Positions 10,053-18,188 of a stretch of 64,000 bases of DNA are shown here, in pieces (positions within the stretch are counted from its first letter, which is position 1; each line of letters opens with the position of its first letter). Source of the DNA: Candidatus Saccharimonadota bacterium (GTDB lineage: Bacteria; Patescibacteriota; Saccharimonadia; Saccharimonadales; Saccharimonadaceae); contig JAPUDQ010000009.1 in assembly GCA_027493025.1 (NCBI GenBank), forward strand, positions 15,703-79,702. The letters run 5' to 3'. Under the pieces are notes generated by a model. The model worked only from the letters and a program-made list of their open reading frames with translations. It ran no database searches and was not told where the DNA came from. A program made the translations under genes and the position numbers.

Positions 10053-10612
10053 AAACTCGCCTCCAAAGACTTAATGCGGCTATCAAGATACGTTGTGTCT
10101 ACCGGTCTGGTAATATCTTTTTTAGCGAGTGCAACATATTTTTTGTAATACTCAATAGCCTTTGACGTATTACCTTTTTGCTCATAGATAGAGGCAATAA
10201 GACTTGTCGCGCTTGTCGTACTCATAAGCTTTTCAGCCTCAAGTGCCGTTGTTAAGGCTTTATCGGCATCACCGCTATTCATGTAGGCTACCGCTTTGCC
10301 AACCAACAGTTCAACTCGACTCGTTTTATCAGTTTCATCTTTGAGCGCTGCATCATACGAAGACAAAATCATTTGCTTGTCGGCACCTGGAGCGGCTATT
10401 ACAGCCGAGTCAGTATTTAATTTTTTTATCTTCGCCGCTTTGATTTTTGCCGTTTCCTGTTGTTTGTCTATAACGTGCCGGTAATTCCACCAACTTATTC
10501 CGCCAACAATAAGTAGGCCGATAAGGATAAGTAGGCCGATCATATATCTTCGACGAATAACAAACCATTTTTTCTTCGGCTCCGTAACGGAAATAATCTT
10601 AGGCACATCCAC
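10049..10612 (-). CDS. Membrane-anchored TPR-repeat protein
   Basis: One N-terminal TM helix followed by TPR-like helical repeats (GDADKALTTALEAEKL..., GNTSKAIEYYKKYVALA). The start is uncertain: GTG at 10612, or GTG at 10606 which follows GGGAGG. Confidence 0.65.
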   Translation of the reverse strand: MDVPKIISVTEPKKKWFVIRRRYMIGLLILIGLLIVGGISWWNYRHVIDKQQETAKIKAAKIKKLNTDSAVIAAPGADKQMILSSYDAALKDETDKTSRVELLVGKAVAYMNSGDADKALTTALEAEKLMSTTSATSLIASIYEQKGNTSKAIEYYKKYVALAKKDITRPVDTTYLDSRIKSLEASL

Positions 10613-10716
10613 CTCCCATACTTACACTCAGTATACTGCTTATGTAAGCAAATCGCCAAGAAAAACATTACTCTTATAGCACATCTCGCAGAACATCGCC
10701 ATCCATACCTCTGTTA

Positions 10717-10725
10717 TGATATGCT
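10717..10725 (+). promoter_or_regulatory. Extended -10 box TGATATGCT, 6 nt upstream of the ychF ATG (leaderless arrangement)
   Basis: tgatatgct at 10717-25, then agatgc, then ATG at 10732. No SD is present. Confidence 0.45.
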
Positions 10726-10731
10726 AGATGC

Positions 10732-11832
10732 ATGAGTCTTTCTATAGGAATCGTTGGCCTACCCAATGTGGGTAAGTCTACCCTCTTTAATGCACTGACG
10801 GATAGTACGGCGCTAGCGGCAAATTATCCGTTTGCGACGATTGAGCCGAATACCGGCATTGTGCCAGTGCCAGACGACCGTTTAAACGTACTGCAAAAAA
10901 TGTATTCAGCGCAAAAGGTTATTCCAGCGACAATCACCTTTGTCGATATTGCAGGTCTTGTAGCCGGGGCGAGCCAAGGCGAAGGTCTCGGCAATCAGTT
11001 TCTAGCCAACATCCGCGAATGTAGCGCCATAGTCCACGTCGTCCGTGCCTTTGAAAACAGTGACATTCTTCGCCATAATGATACCGTTATCAACCCCAAG
11101 GCTGATATCGATATCATCAACACTGAGCTAATTCTTGCCGATGTCCAGACCATCGACCGCCACCTTCCCAAGCTCGAAAAAGAAGCCAAGGCCAAACCGT
11201 CACTCCGCGATGAAGTGACGACGCTCAACACTGTACGCGCGATACTCGATACAGGCAGTGTTCCGACAATAGAGACGTGCGGCATAACCGATGAGTCATG
11301 GCGGAAGTTGCAAAAATCACTACCTCTGCTGACTATGAAGCCCGTTATATACGCATTTAACATCGATGAGAATGAGCTAACAGATGAGAAATTCCAATCC
11401 CAGTTGAAATCACTTGTCTCTCCCGCGGATAGCGTCTTTATCTGCGCGAAGCTAGAGGAGGAGCTACGAGGACTCGATACGAATGATCGCCAAGAAATGC
11501 TGGAAAGCTACGGAGTCAACCAGTCAGGACTTCATCAGCTCGTTCAGGCCGCCTATCATACGCTGGGACTGCAAAGCTATTTAACAGCTGGGGAGAAAGA
11601 GATTCGGGCCTGGACTATTCCCCAAGGCGCAACGGCACCGGAGGCGGCTGGTGTCATCCATACTGATTTTGAAAAAGGCTTTATCGCCGCCTCGATCGTC
11701 AGCTATCCAGATCTAGTATCTGCTGGCTCAGAGCTGGCCGCTAAACAAGCAGGCAAAATCCATACCGTTGGTCGTGACTACATTATGCAGCCAAATGACA
11801 TCGTTGAATTTCGGTTTAACGTCAGTACATAA
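10732..11832 (+). CDS. ychF: Ribosome-binding ATPase YchF (Obg-like)
   Basis: IGIVGLPNVGKSTLFNALT is the G1 motif. The protein is 366 aa with a TGS-type C-terminus. Confidence 0.9.
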   Translation: MSLSIGIVGLPNVGKSTLFNALTDSTALAANYPFATIEPNTGIVPVPDDRLNVLQKMYSAQKVIPATITFVDIAGLVAGASQGEGLGNQFLANIRECSAIVHVVRAFENSDILRHNDTVINPKADIDIINTELILADVQTIDRHLPKLEKEAKAKPSLRDEVTTLNTVRAILDTGSVPTIETCGITDESWRKLQKSLPLLTMKPVIYAFNIDENELTDEKFQSQLKSLVSPADSVFICAKLEEELRGLDTNDRQEMLESYGVNQSGLHQLVQAAYHTLGLQSYLTAGEKEIRAWTIPQGATAPEAAGVIHTDFEKGFIAASIVSYPDLVSAGSELAAKQAGKIHTVGRDYIMQPNDIVEFRFNVST

Positions 11833-11841
11833 ACGAGAGAA

Positions 11842-11867
11842 CCCCTGGAGCATCGTTGCTCCAGGGG
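11842..11867. terminator. Hairpin between the convergent ychF gene and the high-GC ORF
   Basis: cccctggagca-tcgt-tgctccagggg forms an 11-bp perfect stem. A U-rich tract follows only on the minus-strand reading. Confidence 0.55.
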
Positions 11868-11954
11868 CAAGAAACGACCGAGCCTAGGAGGCTCAAGGTC
11901 GAAGTTCGATCGTTTCTTCACCGCGCTTGTGGCGCAATGCCTCAGGGAGTTGAC

Positions 11955-12431
11955 TCAGTACCGGGAGTTGATCCCCCATTCCTTGTACGGCAGCGGACGT
12001 CGCGGCAGAGTACGCGGTGAGGGACGGAAGTCGACCAGTGGCCCGCAGACTTCAGAGCTGAACTGCCGTTGCCACACTGCGTCTTCGCGCACGACGAACG
12101 TGACCTGGTACGCGCTGTACAGTCGCGCACCGAGTACGAGATGCCCCTTGGGGGGGAACGTACGGTAGGAGCCGTCAACGTCACCCCCAAGAACTCGCCA
12201 CGGATTGGATAGCATCACGCCATCCTTGACCACGACAGCCTCGACGGTCATCTGGTCAGAGAACTCGTTCAAAACGAGCCCACCAACCCTCATCGAGGCA
12301 CCGTAGCACCAGTTGGAAACATCGACGATGACCCGCGGCGCCGGCGTGGCGTCGGGGGCGACGAAAGCGGCTGCGGGAGTGACGGAAGCGGCTGCGGCCA
12401 GGACGAACGCGACACCAGAGATGACACTCAC
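11955..12431 (-). CDS. Secreted hypothetical protein encoded in a high-GC islet
   Basis: AAGGAG lies 8 nt before GTG 12431. The product begins VSVISGVAFVLAAAASVTPAAAFVAP..., which is signal-peptide-like. Third codon positions are overwhelmingly G/C, unlike the neighbouring genes. Confidence 0.6.
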   Translation of the reverse strand: MSVISGVAFVLAAAASVTPAAAFVAPDATPAPRVIVDVSNWCYGASMRVGGLVLNEFSDQMTVEAVVVKDGVMLSNPWRVLGGDVDGSYRTFPPKGHLVLGARLYSAYQVTFVVREDAVWQRQFSSEVCGPLVDFRPSPRTLPRRPLPYKEWGINSRY

Positions 12432-12594
12432 TAACTCTTCTCCTTGCTCGTGTGCGAAAGTACATGGAGTCAGCAAGAAACAATCGAACTGTTAAGCCAG
12501 CCGACTATGTCTTGCTGGCGTCATGCCGCCTCTACCATAAGAGACGTATGCACCAAAATAGGATATCATAAAATTACTATTATGCAAATGCGAA

Positions 12595-12614
12595 GCCGCC
12601 CCCGAAGAGGCGGC
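12595..12614 (-). terminator. GC-rich hairpin with UUCG tetraloop after the 71-aa ORF
   Basis: The minus strand reads GCCGCCTC-TTCG-GGGGCGGC. Confidence 0.4.
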
Positions 12615-12632
12615 AGCTCAATCGCAAAAACA

Positions 12633-12848
12633 TTATCTGGATACTACACTCACCTCTCTTCCGGTAGGTGCGGACGTCAGGGGCATAATAGGCATAGGAA
12701 TGTTTCCATAATTGCCTGGTTGGCCCGATGGAGCGGAAACTGGAATACTTCCAGCTGGTTGATGCAGCGCAGTCTTTCCCGTTGAGGTAACTATCGCTAC
12801 AAATGCGAGTATTCCCGCCAAAACACATCGTCGTGCTATAGATCTCAC
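12633..12848 (-). CDS. Small secreted protein (hypothetical)
   Basis: 71 aa, GTG start preceded by AAAGGAAA. MRSIARRCVLAGILAFVAIVTSTG looks like a signal peptide, and the mature part is Pro/Gly-rich. Confidence 0.45.
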   Translation of the reverse strand: MRSIARRCVLAGILAFVAIVTSTGKTALHQPAGSIPVSAPSGQPGNYGNIPMPIMPLTSAPTGREVSVVSR

Positions 12849-12882
12849 GACATGATTTCCTTTCTACGAGAGCTTATTTGCA

Positions 12883-13626
12883 TTATAACGCATTTGATGG
12901 AATATGTAGATGATAAAACCGTTCCTTGTTACCTTTCATTCCTGTGACTTCACTGTCTGCCTTGTCTTTTACCACAAAATATTGCCGTACCCACAGCTCG
13001 AAATCCTTGAGAATTGTCCGTCGTACCGCATCATTCTTAATAACACCTTTTGTTACCTGCCCCTTGCCCGCCTCAAACTGCGGTTTTAGCATCGCCAACA
13101 CCGCAGTTTGCGTGTGGCACAATGCGGCGATGTGTGGCAAGATTTCCCGCAAACTAATAAAACTAACGTCTATTACCACGATATCCGACCTGGCAATGCG
13201 GACCGTACCGTCGATCACACCGACATCGCGAATATCCGTTTTTTCATATAGTTCAATTCGTGCGTCATTCCGTAGAGACTCATGTAACTGATCAGTACCG
13301 ACATCGACAGCGACCACCCGTCTCGCACCATGCTGAAGAGCATAATCCGTAAAACCGCCTGTACTACTGCCGACATCAAGTACAAGCTTATCTGTAAATT
13401 CAACGGCAAATTTCCCAGCTATGCTTGCAAGCTTCAGACCAGCCCGTGAAACATACCGTTCATTCGCAGTGAGTGTGATAATAGCTGATTCATCAACAAA
13501 ATAGCCTGGCTTTATCACTACTGCGCCATTAACGGTAATCTTACCGAGTTTTATCCAACTCTCAGCCTCAGAGCGTGACCGGGTAAGCTGGCGTACAAAG
13601 ACCTCATGATCAAGCCGTCGCTTCAT
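12883..13626 (-). CDS. tlyA: TlyA-family rRNA 2'-O-methyltransferase
   Basis: An S4-like N-terminus (ITVNGAVVIKPGYFV) plus the FtsJ-type SAM motif VLDVGSSTGGFTD. Confidence 0.85.
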   Translation of the reverse strand: MKRRLDHEVFVRQLTRSRSEAESWIKLGKITVNGAVVIKPGYFVDESAIITLTANERYVSRAGLKLASIAGKFAVEFTDKLVLDVGSSTGGFTDYALQHGARRVVAVDVGTDQLHESLRNDARIELYEKTDIRDVGVIDGTVRIARSDIVVIDVSFISLREILPHIAALCHTQTAVLAMLKPQFEAGKGQVTKGVIKNDAVRRTILKDFELWVRQYFVVKDKADSEVTGMKGNKERFYHLHIPSNAL

Positions 13627-13629
13627 AGC

Positions 13630-14190
13630 CTACTTCATTCGTTCAATATAGCTGCCGTCGCGAGTATCAACCTTGATCATATCATCTGTTTTGATAAAGG
13701 CCGGGACTTTTACGACTAGTCCTGTTTCAGTCGTCGCGTCTTTAAGAACACTACTTGTCGTATCACCTTTGACAACGTTTTCGGCATAGGTTACCTTGAG
13801 CGCAACGGTAGTCGGTAGTTCAACATTAATGACCCGATCACCAAAGAACTGTAGGGTAACTGTATCGCCTTCATGTAGATACTTGTCAGCTTCATTCATC
13901 GTCTCACGATCTATCTGAAACTGCTCAAATGTCTCTGGATCCATCAGATGATAATCCGTCCCATCTGCGTACAAATATTGCACAGAGCGACCACGAACCT
14001 CAGCAGGTTCGATCTTATCAGCACCTTTATAGGTCTTTGGCAAAACCGCTCCGGTGACAAGATTTTTTATCTTGACATTAACAATACTACCGCCGCGTCC
14101 CATGACTTTTTGAGCATATTCAATGACTCGGTAGGGCTGTCCGTCAATCTGAATAACCGTGCCCTTTTTGAGATCAGTTGGCTGATACAT
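13630..14190 (-). CDS. efp: Translation elongation factor P
   Basis: 186 aa. GTVIQIDGQPYRVIEY...GRGGSIVNVKIKNLVTG aligns to the EF-P domain I loop. Confidence 0.9.
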   Translation of the reverse strand: MYQPTDLKKGTVIQIDGQPYRVIEYAQKVMGRGGSIVNVKIKNLVTGAVLPKTYKGADKIEPAEVRGRSVQYLYADGTDYHLMDPETFEQFQIDRETMNEADKYLHEGDTVTLQFFGDRVINVELPTTVALKVTYAENVVKGDTTSSVLKDATTETGLVVKVPAFIKTDDMIKVDTRDGSYIERMK

Positions 14191-14193
14191 ACT

Positions 14194-14394
14194 CTATCCC
14201 TGTGCGACAAATGGCATAAGTGCGAGATGGCGAGCTCGCTTGATAGCGGTTGCCAACTGTCGCTGCTGCCTAGGGTTAAGACCGGTTTTTGCATTTGGTT
14301 CAATCTGTCCGTATGCATTTACAAACCGACTGAGCGTTTTGACATCTTTGTAGTCAAAATACGCGGGTATATCTTTTTTAAATCTTCGTGCCAT
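14194..14394 (-). CDS. rpsR: 30S ribosomal protein S18
   Basis: 66 aa with the S18 signature YKDVKTLSRFV...GLNPRQQRQLATAIKRARHLALMPF. Confidence 0.9.
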   Translation of the reverse strand: MARRFKKDIPAYFDYKDVKTLSRFVNAYGQIEPNAKTGLNPRQQRQLATAIKRARHLALMPFVAQG

Positions 14395-14412
14395 ATCGTT
14401 CTATCCTATTCA

Positions 14413-14868
14413 TTAAAATGGTATGTCGCTGAGGTCGATTGGTTGATCATCGATATTCTCTGCGGGGGCTGGTTTCTTTGAAGAGCTTTCATTGCTACGG
14501 TTAGCGCTATCTACTCCGGCACCTTGCCCTTGCCCATCGCCGACAAAATTGAAGTCCTCAACGATAACTTCAACCTTGCTACGTTTCTGACCAGTTTCTT
14601 TATCATCCCAACTGCGCTGATCAAGACGTCCACTGACGAGAATCGCGCGACCTTTGCTGAGGTATTGAGCAATAATTTCACCTGGCTTACCCCATGCGAC
14701 ACAGTCAATAAAGCTGACCGACTCCTGCTGCTGGCCGTCGGCACCTTTCCAGGTCCTATTTACCGCTAGACTAAAACTTGTTACGCTCTGGCCGCTTGGT
14801 GTCGTCCGAGTTTCGGGATCGCGCGTTAGGTTACCCATCAGGATGACTTTGTTAAATCCTTTTGCCAT
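14413..14868 (-). CDS. ssb: Single-stranded DNA-binding protein
   Basis: OB-fold N-terminus (NKVILMGNLTRDPE), a Gly-rich linker, and an acidic tail ending in DIPF. Confidence 0.9.
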   Translation of the reverse strand: MAKGFNKVILMGNLTRDPETRTTPSGQSVTSFSLAVNRTWKGADGQQQESVSFIDCVAWGKPGEIIAQYLSKGRAILVSGRLDQRSWDDKETGQKRSKVEVIVEDFNFVGDGQGQGAGVDSANRSNESSSKKPAPAENIDDQPIDLSDIPF

Positions 14869-14891
14869 GACTACCCTCCGTTTTCGTTATA

Positions 14892-15239
14892 CTACTCTTC
14901 TTCTTTGTCATCAGATTTTTCAGCAGCGGCAGCTTCTTCGGCAGCTTTGCGCGCTTTTTCATCAACACTTACGAGCAGAAATCGCATGACTTCGTCCGTA
15001 ATAGTAAGTGTGCTGTTTACTTTCGCAACTGCATCGGCTGGCATTTTCGTCTCCAAATGGACATAGATACCGAAATCTTCTTTGGCAATCTGATAGGCCA
15101 AACGTTTTTTGCCCCAGCTGTCTTCTTTGGTAATCTTACCGCCATTATCCGTCACTACCGCGCGGACTTTTTTGAGAGTTTGGTCGAGGTTTGCCTCCAA
15201 ATCAGGATGCAGTACGACGGTCAGCTCATATTCTCGCAT
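14892..15239 (-). CDS. rpsF: 30S ribosomal protein S6
   Basis: MREYELTVVLHPDL... is the first gene of the conserved rpsF-ssb-rpsR operon. AGGAGG lies upstream. Confidence 0.9.
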   Translation of the reverse strand: MREYELTVVLHPDLEANLDQTLKKVRAVVTDNGGKITKEDSWGKKRLAYQIAKEDFGIYVHLETKMPADAVAKVNSTLTITDEVMRFLLVSVDEKARKAAEEAAAAEKSDDKEEE

Positions 15240-15268
15240 GAGTACCTCCTATGGGCCCGAAATTCGGG

Positions 15269-15288
15269 GTAACAAGCTCCCTTGTTAC
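15269..15288 (-). promoter_or_regulatory. Stem-loop in the rpsF 5' leader
   Basis: The minus strand reads GTAACAAG-GGAG-CTTGTTAC (8-bp stem). A second small hairpin follows (cccg-aaatt-cggg, 15256-15268), then the SD. Confidence 0.35.
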
Positions 15289-15376
15289 AGTTAGGTTTAT
15301 TTGTCAATTTATTATAACAGAGGTATAGAGTAATGACAACTCACTAGCATACAAAATGGACTTTGTGTCGAATACA

Positions 15377-15405
15377 TTGACTTAGTATATTTATTGTGCT
15401 ATTGT
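15377..15405 (+). promoter_or_regulatory. Sigma-70-like promoter TTGACT-17-TATTGT upstream of the SemiSWEET-like gene
   Basis: ttgact at 15377-82 and tattgt at 15400-05. Confidence 0.35.
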
Positions 15406-15433
15406 TTTTATAGTAATCAAACAAAAACACACC

Positions 15434-15733
15434 ATGAAAACGATCGAAGTATTTTATCTTATTGCAACACTCATAAGCCTTGGAGCATGCATCCCGCAGA
15501 TCAAGCAGCTTATTCAAACACGCCGCGCCGATGAGTTTAATATGACTAGTTGGACTACCTGGTTTTTTACGCAAATTATCTCCCTGACCTACGCTATATC
15601 AGTCGGAGAAACAATGTTAATTCTGGCTAACATTGCGTGGGTGAGTTTTTATCTGACAATGGTTTGTTTGATTTTTTATTATCGTCGGCAAGCTGTCCCA
15701 GAATCTATCACGGTTCATTCGACAGAGGAGTAA
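15434..15733 (+). CDS. PQ-loop / SemiSWEET-like small membrane protein
   Basis: 99 aa with three TM helices. A PQ motif in TM1 (GACIPQIKQLIQTRRADEFN). Confidence 0.5.
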   Translation: MKTIEVFYLIATLISLGACIPQIKQLIQTRRADEFNMTSWTTWFFTQIISLTYAISVGETMLILANIAWVSFYLTMVCLIFYYRRQAVPESITVHSTEE

Positions 15734-15763
15734 CCCGCAGCAACTATATAAACCTATCGTTGC

Positions 15764-17989
15764 TTAGCGCGGAATACCGTACTCATCTGTCGAGCTATTG
15801 GCCGATGAGTCAGAGCCAAGATCAGCCATGCTTGTCATCAGCACCTCGCGTGGTCGAGCTCCATCGGCTGGGCCAATAATTCCTTGTTCTTCCATTTCTT
15901 CCATGATACGCGCGGCACGCGAGTAACCAATTCGTAATTTACGCTGCAACAGAGACGTCGAGGCTTTGCGGCTTTCAACAACAACCCGGACAGCATCCTT
16001 AAACATATCATCATCACCGCCACCATCAAAGTCCATGACTACTCCACCTTTGCCGTTGAGTTGGACCGGTTGAGCGACGATTTCTTCATCATACTGAGGC
16101 GGCTGTTGCATACGGAGATGGTCAGTAATTTTATTGACTTCATCATCTGTTACCCACGCTCCCTGAATACGTTTCGGTTTGCTCATTTGTGGCGTTAGCA
16201 GGAGCATATCGCCTTGTCCCAATAATTTCTCAGCACCAATTTGGTCAAGGATCGTCCGTGAATCAATCTGACTGGCTACAGTAAAGGCAATCCGCGCCGG
16301 AATATTTGCCTTGATAAGCCCCGTAATGACATCGACACTTGGTCGCTGCGTAGCAAGTACTAGATGGATACCAACGGCACGCGCCTTTTGAGCAAGCCGG
16401 ACAATAAGTGCCTCAACGTCCCGTGCTGCCACCATCATGAGATCCGCCAATTCATCAATCACGACCACAATGTACGGCATCGGCTCTTCGCTCTTTTTTA
16501 CATTATAACTTTTGATGTCACGGAGTTTTTCTTCGGCAAGTAAGCTATAGCGGCGCTCCATCTCATTCACTGCCCATTTAAGCGCACTGATGGTTTTCTC
16601 TGGTTCAGTAATAATCGGTGTCAGTAAGTGCGGAATATCCTGATATGGGGTCATTTCAACCTGCTTTGGATCAACCAAAATAAGCCGCATGTCAGCCGGA
16701 CTGTTGCGATACAACAGACTACTAAGCAGTGTGTTAATCATGACTGACTTACCAGAGCCAGTCTGACCAGCGATCAGCATATGAGGCATTTTGTTGAGCT
16801 CACCTACAACTGCGTCTCCCGCAATATCTTTACCAATCGCAAAGCCTAATGGCTCATGACAGGTTTTCCACTGCTTAGCCGTCAGAATACCATACAGCCG
16901 AACATCAGCTGCTTTGCGATTTGGCACCTCGATGCCAACTGCCCGTTGGCCAGGGATAGGTGCTTCGATGCGTAATGCTTGGGCGGCCAGATTAAGAGCG
17001 ATGTTTGTTTCAAGCGCCGAGATTCGGTTCAGTTTAACACCACTCGGTGGTTTGAGTGTGTACTGTGTCACTTTAGGTCCGATATTTGCACCTTCCATCT
17101 CAACATCAATACTAAATTCACTGAGAGTATCCTTAATAATCTGAGCGTTATGCTTGACATCACCTGCATCGGCCGGTGATTGTTTCTTCTCGAGTAGCTC
17201 AAGACTCGGAATTTCCCAGTTAGGATCGGCTGGGCTGGTTAAAGCTGACTGTTCTTCGGCTAACTTATCTGGCTGGACACTGTTACGCAAGCTACTCAGT
17301 CCTCTTGATTTTTTATCGTGAGCATTAATCGTGGGTACACCTTCGTTCAACTTAAAATCACCCACCGGACTGGACTTGATCGGTCCTGTATTTTGAGCTT
17401 TTTCGGCCACGGCTGCATTGCGTTCAAACACTTCATCGCGATCCCGACTAAATAGACTACGGAAAAAGTCGACAATCGACTGCGGTGGCACACTCAGGAT
17501 AAACAGTACGGTAATAACCAGCAGGACTATATAAATAAAGCTCGCAACTGATACATTAACGAGCGACAGCATGCCTTGGTTAGCAAGCCAACCGATCAAG
17601 CCGCCACCCTGCCCCGTCTGGGCCAGTTCAGAGCTCTCTGGATCATTCATGAAGAGTCCGAACAATCCAGAAAGCCAAACGATCATCAGCACAGCAGCAA
17701 ACTTCATAATACTAGCGAGGCGATTTTTCTCAGCCTTAAAAATCGCTATTGCAAGATAGACAAAAAGCAACGGTAAAGCAAAGATGGCTGCACCAAATAG
17801 CGACTTACATACCCCGTAAAACCAATCGAGCAGCGGGCCGCCAGAACCAAACATGGCGACGACCAGCAAGAGCGCAAGCACCACGAGGATCAGTGCGCCA
17901 ACTTGACGCCAAAACCCATCTGGTACGGTGTGCTGTGGTTGAGCTGTTTTTTTGGATCGTTTTTTTCGTTTCGCCATATCTGTTTCCAT
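15764..17989 (-). CDS. ftsK: DNA translocase FtsK/SpoIIIE
   Basis: 741 aa with N-terminal TM helices, Walker A AGQTGSGKSVMINT and a winged-helix gamma-domain C-terminus. Confidence 0.9.
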   Translation of the reverse strand: METDMAKRKKRSKKTAQPQHTVPDGFWRQVGALILVVLALLLVVAMFGSGGPLLDWFYGVCKSLFGAAIFALPLLFVYLAIAIFKAEKNRLASIMKFAAVLMIVWLSGLFGLFMNDPESSELAQTGQGGGLIGWLANQGMLSLVNVSVASFIYIVLLVITVLFILSVPPQSIVDFFRSLFSRDRDEVFERNAAVAEKAQNTGPIKSSPVGDFKLNEGVPTINAHDKKSRGLSSLRNSVQPDKLAEEQSALTSPADPNWEIPSLELLEKKQSPADAGDVKHNAQIIKDTLSEFSIDVEMEGANIGPKVTQYTLKPPSGVKLNRISALETNIALNLAAQALRIEAPIPGQRAVGIEVPNRKAADVRLYGILTAKQWKTCHEPLGFAIGKDIAGDAVVGELNKMPHMLIAGQTGSGKSVMINTLLSSLLYRNSPADMRLILVDPKQVEMTPYQDIPHLLTPIITEPEKTISALKWAVNEMERRYSLLAEEKLRDIKSYNVKKSEEPMPYIVVVIDELADLMMVAARDVEALIVRLAQKARAVGIHLVLATQRPSVDVITGLIKANIPARIAFTVASQIDSRTILDQIGAEKLLGQGDMLLLTPQMSKPKRIQGAWVTDDEVNKITDHLRMQQPPQYDEEIVAQPVQLNGKGGVVMDFDGGGDDDMFKDAVRVVVESRKASTSLLQRKLRIGYSRAARIMEEMEEQGIIGPADGARPREVLMTSMADLGSDSSANSSTDEYGIPR

Positions 17990-18188
17990 TATATCTGTCG
18001 ACGTCTACCCTGTCGACCATATAGGTTTATTGTAGCACAAAATACTACATATTGCAAGCTTGGTGTACTTTTATGACAGGAGATAGAGAGATGGTTTGAC
18101 TCGTTTGTGATTCATTCGTAGGTCAGATATGCTCAGGGTTATATCAAAATAGGAATATTGTTACGAAAAGAGCTAAGGTTCAATCATA

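Noticed and set aside
11929-12495. Multiple overlapping ORFs in all frames of the high-GC islet (11929..12168+, 11942..12190-, 12256..12483-, 12313..12495+)
   Set aside because: High-GC DNA is depleted in stop codons, so long spurious ORFs are expected. Only the 11955..12431 frame has an SD, a signal peptide and G/C-biased third positions.
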